From: Azolla caroliniana
Taxonomy: Eukaryota > Plantae > Polypodiophyta
Assembly: GCA_043228905.1 (NCBI GenBank)
Contig: JBHGNT010000005.1
Location: 13,640,001 to 13,704,000 of the forward strand
Length of the DNA: 64,000 nt
Direction: 5' to 3'
The position numbers and the translations under genes were made by a program. The stretch's first letter is position 1, and each line of letters opens with the position of its first letter. The notes under the pieces were generated by a model. It did no database searches, had not been told where the DNA came from, and saw nothing but the letters and a program-made list of their open reading frames with translations. This document shows positions 39,130 through 52,400 of the stretch, piece after piece.

Positions 39130-41254
39130 ATGAAGGGGTCGGATCTTGCAGAGGCCATGGCTTCGGCCGTGGATCGGATATTGAGTGCACGCGAGGGCAC
39201 CGGCGCCCTCGACAGAGCCATTGAGGCGGTCGTCGGTACGATCAGCCGGTTCAACGGAAAGGATGCCACGAAGTATTTGGCGTCCTACAGGGCAAAAATG
39301 AGGATACGGGACATTCTGGAAGAGAGGCGTCTTGCCGGGTTTCCTCGAGTGGCGATGCCGAGCATCCATGCGGAGGTGCTCGAGGTGCGGGCGGAGAGCC
39401 GTACCTGGGAGGAGTTCGAAGGCCGACTCCTAGAAACTACGGGTTTCACGACGCGCTCCGGCTTTCGAAACGAGACTTCATGGAATGGGTGGAGTCCCCC
39501 GGCAAGGGAAGAAACGCGTCGGCACTCCTCCGGGAGTTCGAAGAACGCTTTGCGCGGCTTTCGACGCTTGACCGAACTGTTCTGGATATGAGCCGGGTCC
39601 TACTGTTCGTCAAGTCGGTGGACGAGCGGGACCGGGATCAAGTCGGCTCCTTGCCGGAAACCGAAGACGGGCTGACGACCGACTGGGCAGCGGTTAAGAG
39701 AGTCTGTGGCCGTTTCGACAAACGACGGGAATGGGCTGACAACGGGGCGGCCGGTGCGGGCTCTGTCACAGCAAGGAGGCTTGAACCGGCACCGCAAGGG
39801 CGAAGGGAAGAAACCCGGGAATGGCTCGAAACCGGTCCGGCTTCGACCGGCATAGTCAATGGCTCGTCCGGAGGAGCGGCGCTGGAGGAGTTGACGCGGG
39901 CGATAAAGGATCTCCAGATCGCCCAGACTCGAAGGGAAGGCGGCGAACCGGCTCATGACGACGGCCGGCAGCAGGGAACAGGTGCATGTGGTGCGACGAG
40001 GTTGGCCACATTCGGAAGGACTGCGGCGATTTCGCAGAGGCGTTGAGGAACCGGGTAGTGTACCTGTGGGAAGGCCGGGTGCATGCCAGCGACACCAGAA
40101 GGGACCTAAACCGAAACGACAGGCAAGGAGGAATGAAGAGACTGATGGAAGAGGCAGCGGCCCGACACGTGGAGGCCATCCACTACTCGGCGTCGGCCGG
40201 CATTCGGGTCGGGGGCGGCGAGGCCCGAAAGGAGAGCAATGACGGATTCTGGCCGGCAATGCTGGAAGGCCTCGCTGGCGCACGGTTGAGGAAAGATGAA
40301 GCGGACCGCGCTGAGAGACGGGTCCGGGAAGTAACCGGGTGGAGCGACCCGGTCGAGGAGAAGACGGGCTTCGTAGAAGCCGCCTACTGGAACTACGAGG
40401 CTCTGGTAGAAGACAAACGAGTGGGGAAAGCCGGAGTGGACGGGCCCTCACAACGGTACGAGACCCGATTCGGGCAACGACGCAACGATGCCGGTGGGTC
40501 CAGCTCGCAAGATAACCCGAGGAAGGGCGGATACCGACTGGGGACGGAAATAGAAAGGACTACGGACCTACGAAAGGTTCTAGAAGAACGGATCCTCGAA
40601 AGCAAAGTGGAGTTATCATTGTGGGAGGTGCTAGGGATCGCCAAGAAGGAGTTCCACGACTCCATTGTGGACCTAGTGAAACGGAAGAGGCTGTCAACGG
40701 AGACGGAACCGGAGAGACCGGTGGAGGTGCGGACGACGCACATCGACGACATGGCGCTGGAAGATGAGTGGGCGGAGAGCCACTATTCAAGGCCGCACTG
40801 GGCCCGAGCGACCACGGAGACCCCGGTGAAGATCGAAGATGTTCAGGAACCGGTGGTGGCATTGGTGGACCACGGTTCGGAAATAAACCTGATGTCCATG
40901 GACTTCTATAAGAAGGGAAAGTGGCCGATCAACACCAAGCACGGGTGGAAGATACGGGCGGCGACGCGCGCCACCGAGGAACTGCACGGGGCCTGCCCAA
41001 ACGTGCGAGTCAAGATCGGCGATGTCGAGATTGACCAGCACTTCTTCGTATAGGAGACGTCCTCGCACCCGGTCATATTAGGTGAACCATACATCACGGC
41101 GGCGCGGATGGAGACCAAAGTGCTGGACAACGGTTCAGCCTACGTGAGGGTCAAAAGCTAGGACGGGCGCCATTCGGTCCAATTTCTGACGGTGCAGCCG
41201 AACCACGAGCGAAACCGTGAATCCCTCGGTGGCGAGAACCGAGAGGATTTTTAG
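39130..41254 (+). pseudogene. gag-protease ORF of D
   Basis: FNGKDATKYL gag, CMWCDEVGHIRKDC knuckle, ALVDHGSEIN protease. A few frameshifts and stops. Ends GAG GAT TTT TAG. Confidence 0.85.
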
Positions 41255-44200
41255 AGAGGGCTGCCAAGGCGTGGGGCAGAGACAGTCCGGACACTCGGGA
41301 AAGACCCCACAGCTGTACGATAGAACCGAAACCGAAGAAACCTAGTACGATAGGTAGAAAATTTTGCTTCTCCGACGACGGAGGGTGTATGATAGTCGGC
41401 ATCGTTGGCCGAGAGAGGGCAAGGGCGGAGGAGCGACTTCAAGCGTGCGGAGTCCTCGGCCCGGACAAGGAAATCAGCGGAGCCGTGGAGGCGGTCTCCT
41501 TCGACAACACCTTGGGGATGCTGAGGAAGGTAGCCGGAGAAGACCTTAACGAAGACCGGACGATACCGGTATGTTCCGAAGAGATGTACGAAGTCATCGC
41601 GAACTTCAGCCAGGGGCTCTGGTCGGATCGGACGGCCCGAGTTAGCACTAAGTACAAGACTGTGGACCGGAAGGTAAGGCCAGTCGCGGCACCCTTACCG
41701 AAGGGCAGCGAGTTCCGAATCAGAGGGGTTGCCTCGGACCCCAGTTTACGAGATCCGGCCTGCATAGGACACACCTTCACCGACGGGACGCTCCGGGAGC
41801 TCAAGATCGGTGGGGGCGGGTTCCTACTGCCGGTTTCGGAGAATGCTCGGAAGGCACGGAAAGGCCTTCACATTCTCACCGGAAGAGATTGGGTGCGTAG
41901 ACCCGACGATCGTGGAGCCAATGGTGATATTCACGGTACCGCATGTGCCGTGGAATCTCAAGCCGATTCCAGTACCGAGAGCTCACATCCCAGAGTTGAT
42001 GGAGCTACTGAGGCAGAAAGTCGATATGGGTATTCTCGAACCGTCGAGCGCGCCATACTCGAACCGATGGTTTACCGTACCAAAGAAAAACGGAACATTG
42101 CGCTTCATTCAGGACCTGCAGCCGGTCAATAGAGTGACCATTCGGAACGCAGGAATCGGACCGACCATAGACGAGTTCACGGAGGCCTTCGCCGGAAGGT
42201 CGATTTACTCAGTCGGTGATCTGTATTCAGGGTACGACCAGTTCCAGCTAGCCGTGGAGAGCAGAGACATTACGACGATGCGAACTCCCCTCGGCCTAGT
42301 GCGAATGTGTACCCTGCCACAAGGAGGGACTAACTCGGTGGCCCACATGGTGAATGCAATGAACAAGGTACTGAGGGATTGCATCCCGGACATCACCATG
42401 CCATTTCTGGACAACATCCCGATAAAGGGGTGCCCGGTGGAAGAGAGGGACGAGACAGTCGGGCCAGACGGATGCCGGCGATTCGTGGCGACACACATCG
42501 ACGACTGCGAGAAGGTGCTACAAAGGTTAGAGGATGTGAGGCTCACCTTCTCCAGGGAGAAATCGGCCTTCGGGCAATCGGAAATCCTGGTGGTCGGACA
42601 CCTATGTGGACCATATGGCCGGAAGCCGTCTCCGGCAAAGCTAGAAGCCATCTCCGCGATGAAGACCGACTGTAGCTCGGTAACGGAAGTTCGGAGGTTC
42701 CTGGGGGCATGCGCATTCTACCACATATGGATCCCGCATTACGCCCACATTGCGGAGCCGCTATACGGGTTGCTGAAAAAGGGGCGAAAATTCGAGTGGC
42801 GAGACGAGCACACGAAGTCGGTCCGGAAGCTAAAGGAAGCTCTTGCGGCAGCACCGGCGCTCCGGAAGGCTGTCTACGAGAAGGGTACCCCGGTATACAT
42901 AACGGTGGATACGAGCCCGACCGGGATTGGATGGGTCGTCAACCAAGAAGACGAGGACGGCACCCGGTTCCTGATCCGATTCGGCGCAAAGGTCCTCAAT
43001 GAGCGGCAGCGAGGGTACGCCCAGGTTAAGCGCGAACTCTGGGGTATCGTTTCGGCAGTAAAGGCCAACAAGGACTACCTGATCGGGACAGAAGTAGTTA
43101 TCGAGACGGATTGCCTGCCAATTCTCGGCATGGTTTCCGGATGCGCGACACCGGACCTGGCGATGCTCAGGTGGATAACGTACATCAAGTCCCTAGACCC
43201 GGAAATACGACACATTTCCAGAAAGGACAACGCCATGGCCGACATGCTTTCGAGGGCGAGGTTTGATGACGAGGGCAACATGGTTTCGGAGGACGAAGAA
43301 GTCGGCGTGGACTTCTTCGAGGCGGGGTACGTGACGATCGATGGGGCGAGCACTCAGGCACTTAACGGCTTCGACGAGAGCAAGTACGACGGCGAGTGGC
43401 TACAGATCGGTGGGTTTTTGAGGACAATGACGCCGGATGCGTCATGGACGAGGGACGAGGCCAACCGGATCCGGAAGAAAGCATACCGATTCTTTCTCCG
43501 GGACGGATACTTATGGAAGCACCCGAAGAACAGGAACGACGTCCCGCTCCGGGTGGTGGCGATGAAGGAAGAACAGGAGGAGCTGCTGACGGCCTACCAC
43601 GACAGCCCTTGGGCTGGACACCGGGGAACGTAGGCCACGTTCGAGAAGATAAAGGGGAAGTACTGGTGGCCGGGACTGTACTGGGACGTGCATCGGTTCG
43701 TGACAACTTGCGAGAGCTGTCAGATGCACTCCATAGTCCGACATCGGGACGAGCTTCACCCTACGTACCCTCCAACCATCCACTTCAAATGGATGGTAGA
43801 TCTGGTGACGATGCCGATGGGAGTAGGACAGATGCGGTATCTGGTCCTGGCTCGGGAGGATCTAACGAACCAAGTAGAAGGTCGAGCCCTTCAGAACAAA
43901 ACGACCGCGGCCGTATGTCGGTTCCTGATCGAGGACGTAATATGCCGGTACGGGTGCATCGGGAAGATCGTGGCTGATCACGGGGAGTTGGACGCCGAAG
44001 AGGCCGAGGAGCTGTTCGACCGGCTAGGAGTCAAGCTCTCGCTCACCACTGCGTACAATCCGGAGGCGAATGGGAAGGTGGAGCGCGGACACGGACCGAT
44101 CGTCAAGGCGTTAGTTCGGGCATGCGGGGGTCAAGTCGGGAACTGGCCGCGACTGCTGCCTTACGCGTTGTGGGCTGACCGAACTACGCACAGTTCGATA

Positions 44201-44734
44201 ACCGGATTCATGCCGGCAGAGCTCATGTTTGGGCAGAAGCCGGTCATGCCAATGGAACGTACGATATCCTTGTGGGCAACCGTGGACTGGAGAGACGAGA
44301 TGAGCCGGGAGGAACTGTTGGCGGCGCGCATACGACAGCTCGAGCGAAGGCCGGAGGACGTGGAGCAGGCTGCGGGGAAGCTTCGGGTGGCAAGGACGAA
44401 GAACAAAGCCCGGTTCGACCGAACGCACTGGCTCCGACCGAAGAAGATCGAGGAAGGCGACTGGGTGCTAGTCTACGATAGCAGCCTCGACAACCAGCAC
44501 CGAGCGACACGGAAGTTCGCAAGAAGGTGGTTCGGGCCTTACGTGGTACAAAGCGCCAACGACAACGGGACGTACCATCTGGCGGAACTCGACGGCACGA
44601 GAATGGCGATACCGGTAGCTAGGAAGCGGTTCAAAGCGTTCAAGAAGCTTCACGATGACGAGCCGGATCCGGTTGACCTGCACCGCGACGACGAACGATC
44701 CGAAACCGAGGAAGAACCGACGGGAGGAGAATGA
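41251..44734 (+). pseudogene. RT-RNase H-integrase ORF of D
   Basis: ORFs 41389-, 41810-43633 and 43688-44734. Motifs DLYSGYDQF, LPQG, PFLDNIPIKG, VDTS, WMVDL, NGKVERGH, GPY. Confidence 0.9.
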
Positions 44735-47469
44735 AGGCTGGACCAGTTTTCTCCGTCCCAACACAATTTGGCGCATGCCGGTGGATGCGCGGTTAGGTGG
44801 GGGCGGATGTCGTGAAGAAAACCGTCCACAAGCGGAATCGGTGCACTGGAGCGTAGGAACCGGCTCTTCATGCACGTGCGCCTTATGTTGTACATAGGGG
44901 ATCCTAGGCAGGTAGATTCAGGAGGTAGGAAGTTGAGGGGAAACGGCTCCTTCCTTGCCTATAAAAGGAGGGAGACGAGGAGGGTCGAGGGATCGCGGAG
45001 AGTCGAGGACGAAGTGTTGTCGGTTCGTGGGTCGGAGGCTTCTCTCTCTCTCTCTCTCGCTCGCAAACTCGGTAGCTTCTGGTTGTGCAGGTTTCGGGAG
45101 GCTCGCGCTGCTCTGAGGAATGCCCGAGTGCTTCCGGCAGCACCTCCAACCTACTCTTTCCTTTCAGTGCGTTTACGAACAAGCATCGGCATCTGTTCGC
45201 CGGCCTGTTCGGTTGTAACCGATTTCGTGCTTCTGGTTGTTTGTTTGTTAATATATACATTTACATACATTCGTGTCTCTCTGTGTCGGTGTCCCACTCG
45301 CGTCTTTGTGTCGAAGGGCCATGTCCCTGTGATTCTACGCTCGCACGTAGTGGGTCCCCTCCCTTCTCCTTTCTCTCTTGCTCTTTGGTACAAGACCCCC
45401 GAGGTCCCGCCTCATTCCACGCATCCGCGAGGAATACCTCGACAACGTTGGATTGCATATATCAAATCAGTCAACCCAGAGATCCGTCATGTAGCTAGGA
45501 CGTGTAATGTCGTTGTAGATATGCTATCACGAGCAAAATATGACAGAGAAGAAGATGGACATTCTGATGAAGAGGATGTTGGCTTAGATTTCTTTACAAG
45601 TTCCTACGTTCGAGTGCTGACAACTTTCATAGAAGAGAACTACGAAGGCGAATTTATGGAGATCAGGAAATACTTGAGTTCTCTCCAAAAAGATGAGCCA
45701 TGGTCGATAGAAGACTTCCACCGAATTCAGAAGAAGGCGTACAAGTATTTCCTTAAGGATGGATCTCTTTGGAGGCATGCAAAAAAGAAGAATGAGACTC
45801 CTATGAGAGTTGTCTGCAAGCTGGAAGATCGGCAAAAACTAATGTCCGAATTTCATGATAATGTTTTTGCAGGCCACCGAGGAATATGGGCTATGTTCGC
45901 GAAGCTTAAGGAGAAATATTGGTGCCCGGGCATCTACAAAGATGTAGCAACTTATGTGGAAAGATGTAGCAACTTATGTGGAAAGATGTAGCAACTTATG
46001 TGGAAACATGTAAGGAATGTCAAATGTTTTTGAATGTTCACCATTGAGATGAACTTCATCCGACTTACTCGTTGACTATGCATTACAAGTGGATGGTGGA
46101 TATTGTAATGATGCCAATGGGGCGATGGCAGATGAAGTATCTTGTGCTCGCGAGAACTAAGGAGACATCATCAGTATGCAGATTCCTTCTTGAAGATGTT
46201 ATTTGCAGATATGGATGTGTCGGCAAGATAGTGGCTGATAGAGGCGAGTTGGACGCCAATGAAGCTAGAGAATTCTTCTCAAGGATGGGAATCAAGTTAT
46301 CTCTTACTACGGCGTATAATCTGGAAGCGAATGGGAAAGTGGAACGTGGACATGGACTGATTGTGAAGGCTCTAGTAAAAGCTTGCCATGGGAAAATAGG
46401 AGAATGGCCGCGTCTATTGCCATTTGCACTAGGACTACTCATAGCACGGTGACAGGATACATGCCGGCAAAGCTCATATTCGGACAGAAGCCGATAATCA
46501 CAGTGGACCAAAGTATTGTTTCATGGTTTGCATTGCCATGGCAAGATGAGATAAGTAGAGAACATCTTCTAGCATTGAGAATTCGACAGTTGGAGCTGAA
46601 GTTGGAAGATATAAAAGTGGCTAAAGCGTGACCAAAGAATGCAAGGCTGAAGAACAAGAAAGTCTTCGACAAACGACATCGACTTCGTTCGAGGAAAATC
46701 GTTGAAGGAGATTGGGTGTTGGTCTATGATAGTAGCCTAGACAACCAACATAGCACGACTCAAAAAATTTCACAACGATGGTTTGGACCATATGTGGTGA
46801 AGAAAGTGGAAGATAATGCAACATATCGTTTAGTAGAACTGGATGGTACACCACTTGCTTTGCAAATTGCAAGAAAGAGAATCAAGATCTTTAAGAGAAG
46901 AGAGGCCCCAAATCTTGAAATCGATGCTCTAAACGATGTAGCCTCCACCATCGAGGTTGAAAAAGAATAATCAAAAGAGGAACCTCTCCGCAATTGGCAC
47001 ATACCGGTGGATGTGCAGGTTTGGTGGGGGTGAATGTGGTGTGGTTTTTCACACACGACATGAAAATTAGTAAAATAATTATTTAAGATTAGCTCAATGG
47101 ATTGATATGGAAATATAGATGTCTTCAAGAGCTTCATAACACATTTTACTACATATGAAACGGATAAACAAGTATCAAGTTATATGAGTGTGAAGTTTGA
47201 GAATATTAGAAAAACAAACTCTAAGATATCCCACATAGATAGGACAACATTGGATCCCCATAGTATATAAGGAGAGCTAGAACCCATTGTTTTATGTGTA
47301 TGTGTGAAGCACAGAATGTTCAAGGTGACTTGGGCTAAACTGTGTGGATAAATGCCTCAAACAATTTTAGTTCACGGCTTGATCAGCCACGACGTATGGC
47401 CCGGTCCGGACGTGCATATCTGCGGAAGCATACACGGCTCGATCGGGATGCGCATGTGTGCAGACGCGT

Positions 47470-47680
47470 ACACGGCGCGGTCGAGATACGTCTACGCGCA
47501 CACAACGCGGTCGAGATACGTCTACGCGTACACATCGCGGTCGAGATACGTCTACGCGCACACAACGCGGTCGAGATACGTCTACGCGTACACATCGCGG
47601 TCGAGATACGTTTACGCGTACACCACGCGGTCGAGATACTTCTACGCGTACACAGCGCAATCGAGATACGTTTACGCACG
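47470..47680 (+). repeat. 30-bp tandem repeat, about 7 copies, in the LTR of E; followed by 42-bp GCAACTAAAA repeats
   Basis: Unit CACAACGCGGTCGAGATACGTCTACGCGTA. Only diverged related copies in the 5' LTR (36770-36910). Confidence 0.9.
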
Positions 47681-48297
47681 AACGCATCTACGGTTCGGTT
47701 GCAACACATGGTTTGGTTGCGACGCACGTACGGATTACACACGGGCTTAACTTTATGGATGATTGGATTATGTGGCCGAATTATACGAACAGTCGCATGC
47801 AACTAAAATTAAAGGTCAAGCAACTAAAAAAGGAGGCCATGCAACTAAAAATAAAGGCCAAGCAACAAAAAATGGAGGCCATGCAACTAAAAGTGGACGC
47901 ATGCAAAGGAACATGGGAGGCTATGATCAACAAAGAACTCCATATATGTTCCACTTTTTTTTTTCTATAGTTTTTTTCTTTTCCCCTTATCTTCTTCTCT
48001 CTCTCATTCCTTGGGGGAAAGATAATTTCTTATATTCATATCAGACCACTCCTTACATGGTTGTTGGCTCCTTTCTTTCAAGAATGATCTTTCATATTCA
48101 TATCCAATCCGTTGTAACATGATTCTAGAATTATAAAGAATCTATTTTCTTTTGCCATAAACGAATATTTTCTTTTACCTACTTGTCTCATGTGTAAATC
48201 TTGCTTGTGCTAAGCGTGTGAGCCTTAATTCCTTCCAGTCCATAACCCCAGCCGTTCCGCCTCACGATCCGCACATAGTGACGGATTTTTCACAACA

Positions 48298-48590
48298 ATG
48301 CTCCTTCAATTCCCACCTTTAACAGTTCCGAGATCTTCGACTCTGTAAGATGAGAATCATTTCCAGTTGGGGTTAGGTGGAATGATGCACCCGAATCGAC
48401 CACCCATGTCGATTCATCGCTAAGAAGGTTCAGTTCATTTTGCTCATTGATGAGCAACAACTCCTCCTCACTTGTCGCGATTGTTGACGTGTTATTGCCG
48501 TCCGAAATCTTCTTCGGTTCTACACCGTTGGCTCCCCCTTCCTCCTTTCGGAAGTGTCAAATTTGTTTTTGGAAGTGCCCGACTTCCCCC
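48298..48590 (-). pseudogene. Copia I backbone, piece 3 (gag knuckle and protease)
   Basis: GKSGHF..., DESTWVVDSGASFHLTP. Joins piece 2 across the TSD of E. Confidence 0.75.
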
Positions 48591-48699
48591 TGTCGTGAAA
48601 ATCCGTCACTATGTGCGATCGTGAGGTGGCACCATCGGGGTTATGGATAGGATGGAAATAGTGCTCACATGCACAACACATGGAAGGCTTACACAAACA

Positions 48700-49460
48700 A
48701 AGCACGAGTATTCGAACGTGTTTGTGAAAAGGAGAGGTGCATGGGCAAGCCCGAATCAACCCGTAGTCACAAGGCGAACGAATGCACGTGACGAAGGCTT
48801 ACACACGAACACACAAGGAAAAGGCTTACTTACACACACGAGAGATAGAGTTTCGAATGCCTTTGTGAAAAGAGAGGTGCATGGGCAAAGCCCAAACTCT
48901 CCCTTGTTACAAGACATGCGAACACACAAGGAAAAGGCTACTTACACACACGAGAGACAGAGTTTTGAATGCCTTTGTGAAATGAGAGGTAGATCGGCAA
49001 GCTTGAACGCTCCCGTGTTACAAGACATGCGAACACACAACCAAGGTTACAAATGGGAGACATGATTTTGAACGCCTTTGTGAAAGGAGAGTTGCATGGG
49101 CAAACCCGAACGCTCCCTTGCCACAAGTCGCATGAACACACAAGCAAGGTTTACACATGTGAGACACAATTTCGAACGCCTTTGTGAAAGGAGAGGTGCA
49201 TGGGCAATCCTGAACGCTCCCTTGCCACAAGTCGCACGAACACACAAGCAAGATTTACACTAACACGCAATACACGATTTCGAACGCCTTTGTGAAAGGA
49301 GAGGTGCATGGGCAAGCCCGAACGCTCCCTTGCCACAAGTTGCACGAACACACAAGCAAGATTTACACTAACACGCTAGACACGTAAGTTTGAATGCCTT
49401 TGTGGAAGGAGAGGTGCATTGGCAAGCCCAAAACGCTCCCTTGTCACAAGACATACAAAC
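48700..49460. repeat. About 100-bp tandem repeats inside the LTR of F; also at 61600-62240
   Basis: Recurring GCCTTTGTGAAAGGAGAGGTGCATGGGCAAGCCCGAACGCTCCCTTG...ACAAG. Confidence 0.9.
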
Positions 49461-52400
49461 AAATAAGCACAAATGACGATAACAAATAAGCACAATCAAG
49501 ATTTACACATAAGACAAGTAAATGAAAGACAACATTAGTTTATATCAATATAATAGATTCTTTTATAATATAAGAATCATGTTACAATGGGTTGGATGCA
49601 AATATAAAGGATTTTTTATAAAGGAATGGGGGAAGAGAGGTGGAGGAAAGAAGAGAGTGGAGTATAGAAGGAGTTTTTTTGTTGATGATGCCTCTCAATG
49701 TTGTTGATCCTTCTTCTTCCGCTTTCCAATGGAGTAGAGCTTCCACATTCCTTCTCCACCCCCCCCTCTTCACTAGAATAGGCTCATATTTATAGGTTTA
49801 GGATTGCTTTCCTTTTTCCCCTAAAAAAAGGCTTGTCTATATGAGTCGATTTTGCTTTTCCTCACTATTTCTGTTTTCTAGCCTCAAATTTCACATGCAA
49901 GATATTCTTGAAAAGCTCTCTAGGTTAGCTTTCTTATGCATATTTTCTTTTCTAATTTGGACATTTGACGAGGAAATTATGAGCTTTTCACTCAACCTTG
50001 TTGCTCAAATCCACGGCTAGCTTTTCTTTTCCCATCTTTTTCTCTATTTTTTTCTACTTTCGAAAACCTCTTCTAACTTTTTATCCTTTCATTTATTACT
50101 GTAGTTGACTTAAGAAAATTAGTTTATTTGGATCACTATTTTAATTCTCTTTTGAGGGTATTTCCACACTATGTGTCGAAAACATCACGACATCCACCCC
50201 CACCAAACCTGCATATCTTGCGGTAGGTGCCAATGATTGTTAGCTGCTATTGCTTATTCTTTTTAAACCTCGAAGTCTAGAGGTTCGATTTCAGGATTTG
50301 TGGTCTCTCTTCTCTTAAAGATCTTGATTCTCTTCCCTGAAATCGGCAAAGCAAGTCGAGTTCCATCCAAATCCGCTAGAAAATAGGTTGCATTGTTTTC
50401 TATTTCCTTAACCACATATGGGCCAAACCATCGTTTCATGAACTTTTGACTAGTGCTATGCTTATTATCAAGGCTGATTCAATTTTTCTTAGACGAAGAC
50501 GATGCTTTTTATCAAAATTCTCCTTGTTCCTCAATCGAGCCTCACATAACCATTCTATTTGCTAACTCGACATCTTTGGATCTCCGTTCTAATTGTTGGA
50601 TCCTTGTAGCTAGCAAGTCTTCTCGACTCATCTCCTCTTGCCATGGCAAAGCCGTCCATGAGGTAACACTTTGCTCGATAGGCATTATTTGTTTTTGCCC
50701 TAATATGAGCTCAGCCGGTATATATCTTGTAGTCGGGCTATGTATAGTTCTATCGGCCCGGCCCACAATGCATATGGTAATAATCGTGGCCAGTCCCCCA
50801 TCTTCCCATCGCAAGCCTTTGCTAGACCTTTTACGATCGGGCTATGTCCCCGCTCCACCTTTTCATTTGCCTCCAAGTTGTATGCCATGGTAAGTGATAA
50901 TTTGATGCCTATCCTTGAGAAAAACTCTTTAGCTTCATTTGCATCTAATTCTCCTCTATTGGCTACTATTTTGCCGACACATCCATATCGACAAATAACA
51001 TCTTCAAGGAGAAACTTGCAAACTGCTAAAGTTGTTTTATTCCTTAGTGCCCGACCTTCTACTTGGTTGGTGAGATCCTCTCTTGCTAGCACGAGGCATC
51101 TCATTTGCCACAATCCCATTGGCATAACCACTATGTCTACCAACCACTTATAGTGCATTGATAATGGATATGTCAGATGAAGTTCATCCCTATGTTGAAC
51201 ATTCAAGTATAATTGGCATTGTGCACATGTTTTAACATTGCTTGCTACATCTTTGTAAAAACCCGACCACCAATACTTCTCCTTGAGCTTTGCAAAAGTT
51301 TCCCATATACCTCGATGACCTGCCCACACACTTTCATGAAATTCAGCAATTAATGTTTGTTGATCTTGTTTCTTGCACACCACTCAAAGTGGAGTTCCAT
51401 TCTTCCTCTTTGGAAACTTCCATGGATGTCCTTCTTTGAGGAAGAACTTGTAGGCCTTCTTCCTAATTCGGTAGAAGTATTCCTTTGACCATGATTCGTC
51501 CTTTGTAAGAGAGCTTAAGTACTTGCCAATTTCGATGAATTCACCCTCATAATCTTCTACTTTAAACACCTCTAGCACCCAAGCACAAGAAATCGTAAAG
51601 AAGTTTAGGCCAACATCCTCTTCATTGGAGCACGGATATTCTTCACCCTCGTACCTTGCCCTTGACAACATATCGGCCACCACATTATGTTTCCCAGTTA
51701 TATGTCGAATCACGGGGTTGACCGACTTGATATAGGCAATCCATCGTAGGATAGCAATATCCGGCATAGCACAACCGAATATCATCCCGAGAATAGGTAG
51801 ACAATCAGTTTCGAGTATGACTTCCATTCCGATAAGGTAGTCACGATCGGTTTTAACCACAAATACTATCCCCCATAACTCTCTCTTTACTTGGTCTTAC
51901 TTTCTTTGTCTTTCAGTCAACACCTTTGCACCAAATCGGATTGCATACCGATTTTTGTCTTTGTCTGCTTGGTTAATCACCCATCCAATTCCGGTTGGGT
52001 TCCTATCCACTGTCACATATATCAAGGTACTTTCGGTGTAGTCGGCTTTGCGCAATGTTGGAGCTTCCAATAATAGTTTCTTCAACTTTTGAACCGCGTA
52101 GGTATGCTCCTCTTCCCATTCAAACTTCTTCCTTTTCTTTAGTAGTCCATACAATGGTTCAGCGACATGGGTATAGTGTGGAATCCATATGTGGTAGAAC
52201 GCACATGCTCCCAAGAATCTTCTCACCTATGTTTGGCACTCACACTCCTCTTTCATCTCTTGGATAGCATTCACCTTGGATGGTGATGGCTTCCGGCCAT
52301 AAGATCCACATAAGTGTCCTACTACCAATATTTCTGGTTGACCGAATGCGGACTTCTCTCCTGAAAACGTTAGATTTGCATCCTCAAGCTTTTGCAACAC

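Larger units (their letters stand above)
38409..45444 (+). mobile_element. Gypsy element D, young, full length
   Basis: LTRs 38409-39086 and 44808-45444. 4-bp TSD ACGT. PBS TGGTGAACCCGACGTGAA (tRNA-Trp type) at 39090-39107. PPT GGTGGGGGCGGA. Confidence 0.95.
36402..48297 (+). mobile_element. Gypsy element E (PFLDDIPIKG-type RT), degenerate; gag and protease deleted; hosts element D
   Basis: Truncated 5' LTR 36402-~37300 and 3' LTR 47035-48297. Imperfect 4-bp TSD AGGC/ATGC. RT and RNase H 37300-38408, continuing at 45449-46970 (MLR|WIAY). PPT GGTGGGGGTGAA. Confidence 0.85.

Noticed and set aside
45941-46006. 22-bp triplication in the integrase of E
   Set aside because: A slippage lesion in a dead copy.
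47470-47680. CRISPR array or repetitive protein (six overlapping ORFs)
   Set aside because: Head-to-tail 30-bp units inside an LTR. The ORFs arise from a stop-free unit whose length is divisible by 3.
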